Source of the DNA: Eledone cirrhosa
Taxonomy: Eukaryota
NCBI GenBank assembly: GCA_964016885.1
Contig: OZ024740.1
Span: 152,024,001-152,088,000 of the forward strand
Direction of reading: 5' to 3'
Length of the DNA: 64,000 bases
The notes beneath the pieces are model-generated. The model made no database searches and was not told where the DNA came from. It saw nothing but the letters and a program-made list of their open reading frames with translations. Every line of letters begins with the position of its first letter. Position 1 is the stretch's first letter. Shown in pieces: positions 1 through 12,957 of the stretch. The position numbers were made by a program, and so were the translations under genes.

Positions 1-379
1 TACAATTTTATATCTAGAAGACATGTATATGAATTATATTTTAACTATAAATATGCTACATATGCTATTGTATATATTGATCCTTAACTGAAGTTGTAGA
101 GGCACCGTGATGATATACTGCGTGTCTTGGGTATACTTTTTAACTTGGAGGAACCCATGCCTCTCCTGGTCTAAACAGCCGATTTCTTCCAGTGAAAATG
201 AAATAATGAAAGAAAGAGGAAGTAAGGAGATATAAAGAAAGAATCGACATCAGTATTTGATCAGTGCTTTATTCATATCCCTCGAAATAACTTAAGTTCA
301 GCAAATAAATTATTCTGGCAACCCATCTGACGACTTCGTAATAAAACCTTCTCCACGCCTGTTAAGGGGAAGGCGTCTG

Positions 380-897
380 GGATTCCTCTATCTTCACAGA
401 GTTACATCTTTGCAAGGTGGACAGAATACTTTGATGATCTAAATTCGGTCACAACAGAATGCTCTGATGTACACAAGATGCATCTGCTGGCGATGACTAA
501 TCTTACCGAGGTTGGGGTCACTAAAGTGATTAAAGAGCGGAAATGTGACAAAGTCTCTAGGAAAGATAAAGTTTGGACCCAGTATTGGGTGGCCTGGATC
601 TCTGGAAAAGCACCTAAGCAATGGAATTGGAATCCTAATTTTCAAAAAGGTAAGAGAGATTGCTCCAAGTATAGAGGAATCTCCTTGTTAAGCCTAACCG
701 TTAAAGTCTATGTTAAGATATGTAGGGATATTGTCGAGTCTAACTGACGAACAGTGTTTCTTTCACCCCGGACGCAGAACAGCCGACCACATATTATGTT
801 TTTGAGAAATCGTGTGAGTATAGTCAAGAGGTCTATGCTTATTTCGTAGACCTCAAAATGGCATATGACCGCGTTCCGCATGATCTGTTGTGGAAGA
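380..897 (+). mobile_element. RTE-clade LINE reverse transcriptase fragment (decayed)
   Basis: Translates to ...FQKGKRDCSKYRGISLLSLTVKVYVKI... and ...FVDLKMAYDRVPHDLLWK (RT motifs upstream of YADD), with frameshifts. It ends at the distal end of the adjacent Penelope-like element. Confidence 0.8.
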
Positions 898-3480
898 GCT
901 GTTTTATTCGTTTGAAATCATCAAGAATGTATTCCTGATGATTTCATACGTATGAAACGGTGGAAAGGATGAAAAAGAGGAGGAGATGAGAGTAAAACGT
1001 GGAGGGGGAGGAGTATAATGAGGAAGGATGAGATAGGAGGAGAGATGGTTGATAGAGAGAGAGAGATAGCTTTTATAACTGAGAAAAATATATTGTTTTA
1101 CATAGAGAGGTTGAAAAACCGTTGGAAGATAATGTATAAATTAAAAGAATTTGAAAATTAACGAAGAGAAAAATAATGTAAAGTTAAGGTTTGTATATTG
1201 AAGGGTTTAATAATATGTGCGATGAAAAGAAATTGTTAATATGTATTAAGAATAATATTTAAGGGTTTAATAATATGTGCGATGGAAAGAAAATGTTGAT
1301 ATGTATTATTAAAAATAGCAAAGGTAATGTAAGTAAGGATATATTGTGAAAAAAGTAGAAGATAGGATGAAACATGAAAGTGAGAAAAAAATAATGAATT
1401 GAGGATGAATAATCTAACGTCAAAAAAATGTTTATGTTTACGAAGGATTTTTTTAAGGTGATATAAAGTAAGAATATATTGTATTGTGTAATAATTGTTT
1501 CTATGTTAGGCACAGTGAGAAAAGGTACAGATTAGGGGTTAGAAATTAAAAGAAAAAGAAAAGAAAAGGAAAAGGATGAAAGGGAAGTGATAAATAGGAG
1601 TGATATAGAATGAGTAGCAAGTATTATATAATGTATAATAAATAACTTTGAAATAAGTTAGAAAGATGGGTATATTTTTAAAGAAGTGTATATATATATA
1701 TGTGCCTTTGAGAAAAGGATTCTGAATTGATAAAGTTTTGGATATTAGCTGTATACTTTATGAAATGTTCTGTGGAATTTATGCAAGCAGAGAGAAAACA
1801 AGTCAGTGCGTCTATTTATTATAGAATCTAAATTAGATATAATGGTAAATTTTTCATTTAGACAGAGATTGCAAGTCTTGGATAAAGAACTGTTCAAGTA
1901 TGGAGCAGCAGAAGAAACCTTTTTCCAAGAGATGTTATATTTAATATTTTTGTCTTTCAAGGACCATATGAGTTCTGAGAGAGCCGTGTTGGTTCTTTTA
2001 AGTTGGTATTTAAAAGACGAATGATGATTATAAAGACGAGCTTTAAAGGAGGTGGAAGTGGAGCCAAAATAGGTGAAGGAATTGGTGTCAGTTATAACTT
2101 TACATTCGTAGATTAAGTTTTTATCAAAACAATGGTTGTTGAGAGGACAATTATTTTTAGCAGGGCAATTGCAATTGCGATTAGAGAGATTATTAACGAG
2201 TGACCTAGTGTTATCTATAGAAGGAATTGGATTGGAGAAGTTATTTGCGTTAGGAATAATAGTTTCTTGATTTAGAATGGGATTAAGAACATTTAGCGAA
2301 GTTGTGTTTGACGTTGTATTTGGGTTTGCAGAAATTAGCTTAGAGTTTACAATGACGTCGGGAGTACTATTACTATTATTATGATATTCAGTGTTGGAAG
2401 GAAGAGATTTAGTATTTAGTATTTTATTGTTGTGTTTAGAGATAATGTTGGAAATATTGGAGGATGTCGAATAGGAAAATTTTATAGTGTGTTTGTTAAA
2501 TATTTTACTATAGATATGTGAGGGAGGGAAGCATTTATTTAAGGCACTAAAGAATAATTTAGGAATATTATTATTAATAGAGATGGAGAAAGGAGCATTA
2601 TACCAGATTATGTTTTTGTATCTAGGTCTTTTATTAAAGTTATTGGAATGATCATGATTAATTATTCTACTGTAAGATCTTCTAGAATTTGTTTCTTTAT
2701 TATATTTGATTTTATCATGATAGCCGGCTTTAGAAAGCGCGTTATTATAGTAATTGGCGTTAGCATCAAAGATGTTTTTATTAGAAGATAGGTTAGATAT
2801 TCTTTTTCCAATATTACTAACTATAGCATTCTTAATATTAGTAGGGTGGTTAGATTTAAAATTAACATAAATTAGGTTCTCACTGTTTTTATGATAAGGG
2901 TAATATAGGCCAGTGTCAAGATTAAGAGATACATCCAAGAAATTAGCTAGTTTGATGCTGTTATCAAATTCAATTTTTAGGTTATGTTGGTTAAAGAGAT
3001 TACGTATATTGTTCTTAATAATATTAAGGTTAACTATGTTGCAATTTAAGATAGTAAAGAGTCCATCGTCACGATAAATTCCACCGCGAAGTTGAGGAAT
3101 TTTCCGACTCAAAGAGTTCAAAATAAAGATACCAATTAAATCTGTCAATTGGGATGAATCGGATGCTCCCATTGTGATGTCGAAGTTGTTAGAGGTATCA
3201 GCTCTGGTCCAATATTCATTGTTGAACTCTAGGATGGTTTTACGTGCGGTGAGAATGATGTGAAGTTCATCTGTGGTGATGTCAGAATATTTAAATGCGA
3301 AAGATAGAGAATTGTTGAGAAGTGAAGGCGAAATAGAAGAATAGTAGCTGGCAATATCAAATTGAACAAATTTTAGTTTGTTTTTATTATTCAATTTGTT
3401 GAACCAGCCAATCACTTCAGTATCACACATCAATCTAAAACTACTTTTCATATGTTGATTTAAAACTGCACTATCCACAA
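898..3480 (-). mobile_element. Penelope-like retroelement, 5'-truncated, with long pyrimidine-rich 3' UTR
   Basis: Contains the ORF at 1745-3478. The 3' UTR extent down to about 898 is inferred from composition and from the break with the RTE fragment. Confidence 0.8.
1745..3478 (-). CDS. Penelope-like RT plus C-terminal GIY-YIG endonuclease (N-terminally truncated; possibly Hydra-clade type)
   Basis: 577 open codons with FDIASYY, ITMGA, IYRDDGL and FLDVSL RT motifs, a CNC..CPL..C linker, IYEC...YFGST..FKARL..H endonuclease motifs and a CNLCLNEK...CLH tail. The GTG start is not a true start. Confidence 0.9.
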   Translation of the reverse strand: MDSAVLNQHMKSSFRLMCDTEVIGWFNKLNNKNKLKFVQFDIASYYSSISPSLLNNSLSFAFKYSDITTDELHIILTARKTILEFNNEYWTRADTSNNFDITMGASDSSQLTDLIGIFILNSLSRKIPQLRGGIYRDDGLFTILNCNIVNLNIIKNNIRNLFNQHNLKIEFDNSIKLANFLDVSLNLDTGLYYPYHKNSENLIYVNFKSNHPTNIKNAIVSNIGKRISNLSSNKNIFDANANYYNNALSKAGYHDKIKYNKETNSRRSYSRIINHDHSNNFNKRPRYKNIIWYNAPFSISINNNIPKLFFSALNKCFPPSHIYSKIFNKHTIKFSYSTSSNISNIISKHNNKILNTKSLPSNTEYHNNSNSTPDVIVNSKLISANPNTTSNTTSLNVLNPILNQETIIPNANNFSNPIPSIDNTRSLVNNLSNRNCNCPAKNNCPLNNHCFDKNLIYECKVITDTNSFTYFGSTSTSFKARLYNHHSSFKYQLKRTNTALSELIWSLKDKNIKYNISWKKVSSAAPYLNSSLSKTCNLCLNEKFTIISNLDSIINRRTDLFSLCLHKFHRTFHKVYS

Positions 3481-3510
3481 GTGTTTTTTAACCTTCATAT
3501 CATGTCTTCC

Positions 3511-3581
3511 TATTTTATCTGATGAAACCACAAATGTTATTGCATGATAATATCTGTTTTTGAAATGCGCATAATAAAATA
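3511..3581 (+). ncRNA. Type I hammerhead ribozyme motif
   Basis: TATTTTAT-CTGATGA-[stem II with ATGTTATT/GATAATAT]-GAAA-TGCGCA(palindrome)-TA-ATAAAATA. Stem I has 8 bp and the cleavage triplet is AUA. Confidence 0.8.
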
Positions 3582-3718
3582 CATGGAACTCTTTTAACCA
3601 TCTTTTGATCTTATATATTTGATCTTATATATTATGTATACTCCAGTCCTACAAACTGTAGAGTGCTTCTTATCCGATATCTGCATTGCTTTATTGTACT
3701 ACAATAAAACTCACCTCC

Positions 3719-3819
<101 letters not shown>

Positions 3820-4659
3820 ATATATATGTGTGCAATAACACCCATTATCTTTTCTTTCTTGGAAGAGACAATTTCACAGATACGTCTACCTATAAATTAG
3901 TTCCCGGGGAGATTCAGTGTGACTCAGAGTATGACTAGGCTGGCTTTTCTAATGACAGGCACATTCCAACCGAGTTCTTCAGAACTGTTTCCATCTGCAC
4001 AAATTAATTCGCAAGACATGAGTCGTTCCGGCGCTATGATAAATGGCATTTGCCTAACATGGAACCCAGGACTTAATGATTACGATGTTAACTTCTTAAC
4101 TATTCGCTCATGCTGCATACACAGACGCAGATATTATAGAGTAAACTTACTTTTTACTGATAGTGCCAAAATTTGTCCAGTATATAATCTTGTCTATTTT
4201 ATTTGCTGCCACACGTAAACAATATTATCTTTAAAAAAATCATGTTAAATGCTTCACTGCAAAACTGAACAGTTATGCGAAAAATTATCAACACGATAAA
4301 AACATCAAAATTAGTAAAAGTGACAGAAATAATATTTGAAAAATAGTTGCTTGAAACAAATATATAGAAAAGAGTTTCAGAAGAGAACCACAGCAATACA
4401 TATAAGACGTTAAATGTTTAAAATAATTGTAACAAAGTTGTTTGTATGTAATCTTGGAGATATTTAATTTATCCTTTATATTTCGGAAGAAAATGTCTTC
4501 ATCAATCAACGGTTAAGAAAACTAAGTAGATGTAAGAAATCCGTGTTCTTCTTATGATAAATCCTTCCTATATGCATATATACATATAAGCACACGCATG
4601 CACACAGTCATATATATACTGACAGTAAGACAAGATATCGTAAACAGAATAAGACTAGA

Positions 4660-4835
4660 AAAAAGAGGAGGCACAGAGATGAAGAAGAAGTGGAGGCTAC
4701 AGAATGTGTGACGAAAGAGCTTTGACAAAATAACCAATAACTAATAATAATTATGCTGAAGTAAAAGTCAAATAGTACGTGTTTTTATTGGCTAAATTGG
4801 CTAAATGACTATCTCCAAATATAACAATATAACAT
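4660..4835 (+). mobile_element. Diverged remnant of the Penelope pseudo-LTR family seen at 57811 and 62142
   Basis: GTGTGACGAAAGAGCTTTGAC is the reverse complement of about 58021-58041. ATGACTATCTCCAAATATAACAAT resembles ATGACCCTCCCAAAGTATAACAAT. Confidence 0.55.
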
Positions 4836-5065
4836 TATATATATATATTGTTATATATTGTTATATATATGTGTGTGTGTGTCTGTGTAATGTTAGTAAC
4901 TATTGGTTCACCAGTCTGAGCACTCGATGCCGCAGTAGGTCCGTTTACCGATGTGGTATTGATACCGCGTCCCTATTCCTAATTATATATATATACATTT
5001 ACACACATATATATATATATATATATATACTAATAATAAAATGTGAAGAGAAAGCACACGAGTTA

Positions 5066-5134
<69 letters not shown>

Positions 5135-5136
<2 letters not shown>

Positions 5137-5247
5137 AAAACAGGGAGAAAAAGACGATTATTAGGAAGAAAAATATATTCTTTTACTTTTTTTTTATTTA
5201 ATAAAAAATAAAAAAAGGAAAGAAAATTTTTTTCTTCCTAATAATCG
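5135..5247. repeat. Fold-back inverted repeat embedded in (TA)n
   Basis: GAAAACAGGGAGAAAAAGACGATTATTAGGAAGAAAAA pairs with TTTTTCTTCCTAATAATCGTCTCTTTCTCCCTGTTTTC. Confidence 0.85.
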
Positions 5248-5262
5248 TCTCTTTCTCCCTGT

Positions 5263-5337
<75 letters not shown>

Positions 5338-5341
<4 letters not shown>

Positions 5342-5600
5342 GGTGCATGGCTTAGTGGTTAAAGCATTGGGCTTGCAATCGAAAGGTTGTGAGTTCAATT
5401 TCCGGACCGAGTGATGTGGTTTCCTTGAGCAAGACACTTTATTTCACGTTGCTCCAGTTTACTCAGCTGTAGAAATGAGTACCTGCCCGCCCAGCCAATG
5501 GGATGGCGCTATCTTATGGCTAAAACAGCACGACGTTCTGTGACCAGCGGCGCCGATTGGCGCCCGACAGACTGGTCGGTCAAGGTGATCAAGGTGCTAT
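5338..5600 (+). mobile_element. tRNA-derived SINE (CORE/V-like body)
   Basis: A box TGGCTTAGTGG, B box GAGTTCAATT and body CCTTGAGCAAGACACTTTA...TGCTCCAGT..ACTCAGCTG. Related decayed copies lie near 17100-17350(-), 27520-27860(+), 28520-29040(-), 41250-41500, 42200-42340(-) and 53808-53940(+). Confidence 0.75.
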
Positions 5601-6110
5601 ATATATATATATGTGCCTGTGTATATGTGTGTGTGTATGTGTGTGTGTGTATGTGTGTGTGTATGTGGGTGTGCGTGTATGTATGTATGTATGTGTGTGT
5701 ATGTCTATGTCGGTGTCATTTTAATTTATCTTTCTATTCCTCGTGATATGCGTACAAATAATACCGTGCTTGTGTATCTCACGGTACACATACTCACACA
5801 AACACACACATGCGTGTGCGCATATGAGTGTATGTGTGTGTGCGCGCACATATGTGTATGTTGGGCATAGGCGTTTGGGATACTCCGGGGCTATATGTGA
5901 AGGCAAATGCTCCTTTCAAAAAGAATTTTGATTTTACGATATACACATTAACAGCAAACTATACTCATGTTGTATATATTTATCCCATCTATACGTATAT
6001 ACGTCGAGATCGGTGAACAGATAGAGTGATGTGTGTATGAATGGGATATGCTTATTGTATATGTACTCAATCATGCATATATATCTATTCTCCCATATAT
6101 ATAAATATAT

Positions 6111-6221
<111 letters not shown>

Positions 6222-6385
6222 AATCTCTCTCTATATATATAAATATATATATATAAATATAAATCTCTCTATATATATAAATATATATATATAAATATAT
6301 ATATATATAAATATATAAATATATATATATATATAAATATATATATATATAAATATATAAATATAAATATATATATATAAATATA

Positions 6386-6419
<34 letters not shown>

Positions 6420-6426
6420 AGTATAT

Positions 6427-6525
<99 letters not shown>

Positions 6526-6538
6526 ATATATATATCAT

Positions 6539-6630
<92 letters not shown>

Positions 6631-6643
6631 ATATATATATATA

Positions 6644-6718
<75 letters not shown>

Positions 6719-6820
6719 AATGAAGTAATTCCATCGGAAAAGTCCAGGAAAAAAGAGTGCTCTATGTAGGCAACAGAGCTTAATTATTATTATTATGTAA
6801 TAAACAACATAAGGCAATTA

Positions 6821-6880
6821 TTCCATTTACCAGTGGTTTCTTAAAAGCAAAAGGTTTTGCTTTCAATCCTCAGAATGAAA
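6821..6880 (-). ncRNA. Type I hammerhead ribozyme motif
   Basis: Minus strand reads TTTCATT-CTGAGGA-TTGAAAGCAAAA.CC.TTTTGCTTTTAA-GAAA-CCACTGG-TA-AATGGAA. The core is intact, stem II is long and the triplet is GUA. Confidence 0.8.
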
Positions 6881-7183
6881 AAATCCTGGTTTGTTTATTG
6901 AATTTGGATTTTAAAAAACAAAAATGCAATCTATATGAAAGTGAGGCTGGAGAAGGGAGAAGGAAAGTAAAAATAAAATAAAACAAAACTACACATGCAA
7001 ACACACACACAAAATCACAAAAGCATACTTAGACATACATACATATATACATATATATATATGTACGCATACATATATACATATACACATGTATATAAAA
7101 CGTACACTTACATACACATACACATATATACACATATACACATACATACATTCATACATACACACAGACACACACACACCCAT

Positions 7184-7258
<75 letters not shown>

Positions 7259-7469
7259 CACACATACACATACACACACATACACAGACATACATATGTG
7301 TGTGTACAAGCATACACATACACAAACATAGCCATACACACACACATATACATACATACATTCACACAACCATACATAACGTACATACATACACATATAT
7401 AAATGCACTCCTCTACATATTCACACACGCAAATAAATATAAGAAAAAAATATATATAAATATATAAAT

Positions 7470-7564
<95 letters not shown>

Positions 7565-7704
7565 AATATATAAATATATATAAATATATATATATATATA
7601 TATTCTGCTCTGCGTATACGCATAGAGCTTAACTAGCTACCGTCACATATTTGGTAAGTCAGACGTGATCATCGCGATTCACATACGTCCTACCATACAT
7701 CTTA

Positions 7705-7736
<32 letters not shown>

Positions 7737-7741
<5 letters not shown>

Positions 7742-8140
7742 ATACTTAGGGAGGGTCATGTTTGTGTAATATTGCCAGAATTAATAACAGAACACACTCA
7801 CTGTTGGTTGGTTTTCGCTTTTCGCTTCTGTGTCTTTTATATCGGTAATCTAATTTATTCGGTCCTCAATGTTGCCATTGACTGACCAACGGTCAAAAAT
7901 AATACAGATACAATATAGACACAAACACATATATATAGTTTATCAAAGTTCTTTCGTTGCACATCTGCAACATCGTCAGTGGTGCTATTGTTTCCTCCCG
8001 TTGCATTGTATTTTCTACGCCATCTTTATTTAGTAATATTTGGCAATATTACACAAATATGACCCACCCTAAGTATAACAATTTTTGTTTCGACACACGA
8101 TTTCATATCAAAAACCTCGCAAAACTAACTCATCGCCGTT
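7737..8140. mobile_element. Penelope pseudo-LTR-like remnant with inverted terminal segment
   Basis: ATTGTTATACTTAGGGAGGGTCATGTTTGTGTAATATTGCCA pairs with TGGCAATATTACACAAATATGACCCACCCTAAGTATAACAAT. It is related to 57811-58460. Confidence 0.65.
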
Positions 8141-8157
8141 ATATATATATATATATA

Positions 8158-8343
8158 GGGTGGTGGATTGGCAGTATCGGTAGAGGGTCGGACGCCATGC
8201 TTTGACACATAGTTACGTCCCTTTGCGGTCTGAGTTCAAATCCCACCGAGGTTAACTTTGCCTTTCATCCTTACGGGGTCGATAAAATAAAGTACCAGTA
8301 ATGTACTGGGTAATTGATGGTCTGGTGCCAAAAGTAGAAACAG

Positions 8344-8345
<2 letters not shown>
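8158..8345 (+). mobile_element. tRNA-derived SINE with Meta/MESC-like central domain
   Basis: A box TGGCAGTATCGG, B box GAGTTCAAATCC, core GCCTTTCATCCTT.CGGGGTCGATAAAATAAAGTACCAG and tail AGTAGAAAC. Near-identical copies occur elsewhere in the window. Confidence 0.85.
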
Positions 8346-8416
<71 letters not shown>

Positions 8417-8417
<1 letters not shown>

Positions 8418-8612
8418 CGAAGGAATTGTGGTAAGGAACCAGATGGACCATAACGCACCAGAGTACTCAATACTTAGGGTAGTATAGTGGGTAATAGGAA
8501 AAAGTATGACCCCGACGGTAGAGCTCAAGCCGTTTCGACGGCTATTTCTGGATGCGTCAGAAATAGCCGTCGAAACGGCTCGAGCTCTGCCGTCGGGGGT
8601 CATACTTTTTCC
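8417..8612. repeat. Dispersed repeat ending in a near-perfect ~55-bp-arm hairpin
   Basis: GGAAAAAGTATGACCCCGACGG...CCGTCGGGGGTCATACTTTTTCC. A second copy lies in the opposite orientation at 49980-50172. Confidence 0.85.
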
Positions 8613-8825
8613 TATATATATATGTTATATATATATCTGTGTGTGAGAGAGAGTGTGTATATATTTATATATGCATATATATATATGGGGGGGAGAAAGA
8701 CATGCAATTAGGTATATAGTTAGATTAATAGATAGATATCTACATAATATCCATCCATGCAAGTATGTTGTGTGTGCATATTTTAACATGCATACACACA
8801 CATATATATATATATATATATACAC

Positions 8826-8941
<116 letters not shown>

Positions 8942-9455
8942 AGTCATCTGTACGTGTGTGTGTGTGTCCAATCTCCAATCAGTTATAAGAATCTCTTATT
9001 AATACAAGAAGGTTAACATGCCTCCAGCGAAATATTACTGGCAGATATCAATTCTTATTTTTTTGTTTATGTATATATTCTTGTTTTATTTTTTGGTATT
9101 ATCTATTTTGTAAATTTTTTAAAATGTTGTCATTATTTTTATCATTTAATTCTCTTATTGATTTGCAATTATAATTATGTCATTGAAATTAATAATGGAC
9201 AATTTGATAAAATAGCATTGTGTGTGGTGTGTATGAAATGATGTGTACCCATATACTTTTCACACACGGATCAGAGGTTTAGAATATGTTTTGTGTTAAA
9301 CACCTTGCATTAGGAGATGAGCTCTTCAATTATTGGAATAATGCTCACGTGCACAACACACACACACACGCGTGCAAAGACGTTAATACACACACGCATA
9401 TATATACACACACACACACACACATATATATATACACACACACACACACACATTA

Positions 9456-9524
<69 letters not shown>

Positions 9525-9711
9525 CAAAATAAGATGCTGAGGTTACATATATCGTTTAATCATAATAATTATTTCCACGGTTCTCCATGCAATCGAGATG
9601 TCCTTCATGCATTTTCTGATAATTATGAGAACGGTATCCTCAGATGAAAAATCGATATGTTTGATATGTCGCTGGCAGGAAAACAGACGTCCAAATGCCT
9701 GTGTGCCCAGC

Positions 9712-10492
<781 letters not shown>

Positions 10493-11099
10493 GTCAGGTC
10501 ACCAGTTGGTGCTACTAGTAACATGTATCCCAGTACAACCTGTCTCATGGTTGGGTCGTTGGCGACTAAACTTGCAACCCCACCAAGGTTTCTTGGTGAG
10601 GAGGGTGACTTTGGACATCCTGCAAGACTAAAAACAAAACCTGTCAAAGGGCAAAGTAGCTCTTAAGAGTCAATGGCCATCCAAAATCACTGGGAGAGAT
10701 GACCCCTTAGCCTTTGTCAAGGCAGAATTCTAGGAGAGGAAAACTCTGATATAACACCTACAACCCTGATGGTATCCAATGATGGTGACTTGTTCTTCTT
10801 TTTGGTAAATATCATCTTGGTTAAGAGAGTGGGGCTGGCTTTGTGCAGTGCCTTTGTTCACTACGAAAGCTTCACGGCACAGGCATTGCTTTATATCTGG
10901 AGATCTCTCTGCACTTGTCGTCACATGGTACCATGGGCCCAGCACTATGTGCCAATAATTGTCACAAGTGTAGTGTTTGTACCAGAGTTTTCAAGTCGCT
11001 GGCTGGACTAAAAACTCACACTTGTTTAGCGCATCAGTAGGGGTTCTCCTACATAGATATAAAGTAGTGGCCGTACTCGAAAACGAGTTGGCAGCCACC

Positions 11100-11100
<1 letters not shown>
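10493..11100 (+). mobile_element. Non-autonomous RTE-derived retroposon (~610 bp; 5' UTR fused to 3' end)
   Basis: RTE-like 5' UTR (...TCTAGGAGAGGAAAACTCTGA). The 3' part translates [22 protein letters not shown] (C2H2-like ORF2 tail), followed by a TATG/TA tail. Copies lie at 19342-19926(-) and 45128-45417(-). Confidence 0.7.
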
Positions 11101-11187
<87 letters not shown>

Positions 11188-11823
11188 ATATATATATATA
11201 TATGTATGTATATATACATATATGTATGTATTATATATATATATAATTGTATGTATGTATATATGTATCTATTATATATATATATATATATATAATTGTA
11301 TGTATGTATGTATTATATATATATATATATATTCAATCATAACGACTCAAAAACTACCACAGTGACAAACATATTAACTACGGAAGGGATGATGAAGACA
11401 AATCAATTTAAAAAATATATTAATGTATACTAACCATTCGATAATAACACACTGACATGCTAAAATTAGATATAGCTCGTCGGCGGCAGCCTAGCAATTC
11501 GATCAACTCTTCTAAAAATATTTCAGATAACTAAGAAAACACGCATGGTATAAAGGAAAGATATGTGCGTTTTATAGCCCATGGTGGTGTGAATAGACCA
11601 AAAGACCGCTAAAAACAGCAGCTCAGAACCATTCAACTTTAGAAGCTCTACTTACATACAGAAATGAATTAGGAATCAATATATCAAATTAAAAAATGGA
11701 GTTAAAGACACATTAATCCCCATATCTCTGTGTACTTTTCTCTATATGCTGATTTATAAAGAGCCAGGAATCTATGCCTTCAGCTCATTAAATTATAGGG
11801 GATTAATTATAGGGGATTAAATT

Positions 11824-12011
11824 AGGCGGTGGATTGGCAGTATCGGTAGAGGGTCGGACGCCATGCTTTCCAGCATAGTTACGTCCCTTTTCGATCTGAG
11901 TTCAAATCCCGCTGAGGTTGACTTTGCCTTTCATCCTTGCGGGGTCGATAAAATAAAGTACCAGTAATGTACTGGGTAATTGCTGACCTTGTGCCAAAGG
12001 TAGAAACAATT
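11824..12011 (+). mobile_element. Meta/MESC-like tRNA SINE with target-site duplication
   Basis: Same family as 8158. Flanked by ATTAAATTATAGGGGATTAAT at 11787-11807 and 12009-12029. Confidence 0.88.
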
Positions 12012-12431
12012 AAATTATAGGGGATTAATATATATATATGCATATGTGTGTATATATATATATATATACACAAAGCCATACACATATAATTTTATATATA
12101 TGTGTGTATATATGTATGCATATATAAATCAGAAAATTATTTGTCTCTGATATAGTCAGGCAGCTCAGTGAAAGGATGAATATCAACTCCAAGAAGCATT
12201 TAAACATATTTACCATAACCCCAAATCTCGTTAGACAAATCTCGTTAGACAAACTAACATTAGTCAGTTTCATTCATATAATCTCCCCAACTGCAGTTTC
12301 TGCAATTAAGAAACATACCAATTATCGCAATAAATTAAGATAACCAATCCCCCCATCGAGATTTTGGCTTAAGTTAAATATGTCTATATATATATATGTG
12401 TGCGTGTGTGTATGTGTATGTGTGTTTGTTT

Positions 12432-12518
<87 letters not shown>

Positions 12519-12522
<4 letters not shown>

Positions 12523-12906
12523 TAAACGGAATAGAAAATGCTGACAAATTGTTCACAGTTGAAAAATGGTTTAATTAGGAATAAAAGAGTATTAGTGAAT
12601 GTATGGGTTAGTATTCAGTTGTGGTTTTAAGTTTTTAAGTTTTTACCGGTTGCGCATTTCTAAATACTTTTCAAAAATAATTTTGAGATAGAGTGTCCAT
12701 GTTGTTTGCTCTGATCAGAGCAAACAACATGGACACTCTATCTCAAAATTATTTTTGAAGAGTATTTAGAAATGCGCAACCGGTAAAAACTTAAAAACTT
12801 AAAACCACAACTGAATACTAACCCATACATTCACTAATACTCTTTTATTCCTAATTAAACCATTTTTCAACTGTGAACAATTTGTCAGCATTTTCTATTC
12901 CGTTTA

Positions 12907-12910
<4 letters not shown>
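12519..12910. repeat. Spacerless palindrome with 196-bp arms
   Basis: The centre is CTCTGA|TCAGAG at 12714/12715. The arms match with one mismatch seen, and (TA)n lies on both sides. Confidence 0.95.

Positions 12911-12957
<47 letters not shown>

Noticed and set aside
931-966. Hammerhead-like CTGATGA...GAAAC near the Penelope 3' end
   Set aside because: The triplet is GUG, stem II is not properly formed, and it is part of a small fold-back. At best it is a dead remnant.
9600-9645. Minus-strand CTGAGGA...GAAA motif
   Set aside because: No valid NUH triplet or stem II could be placed.
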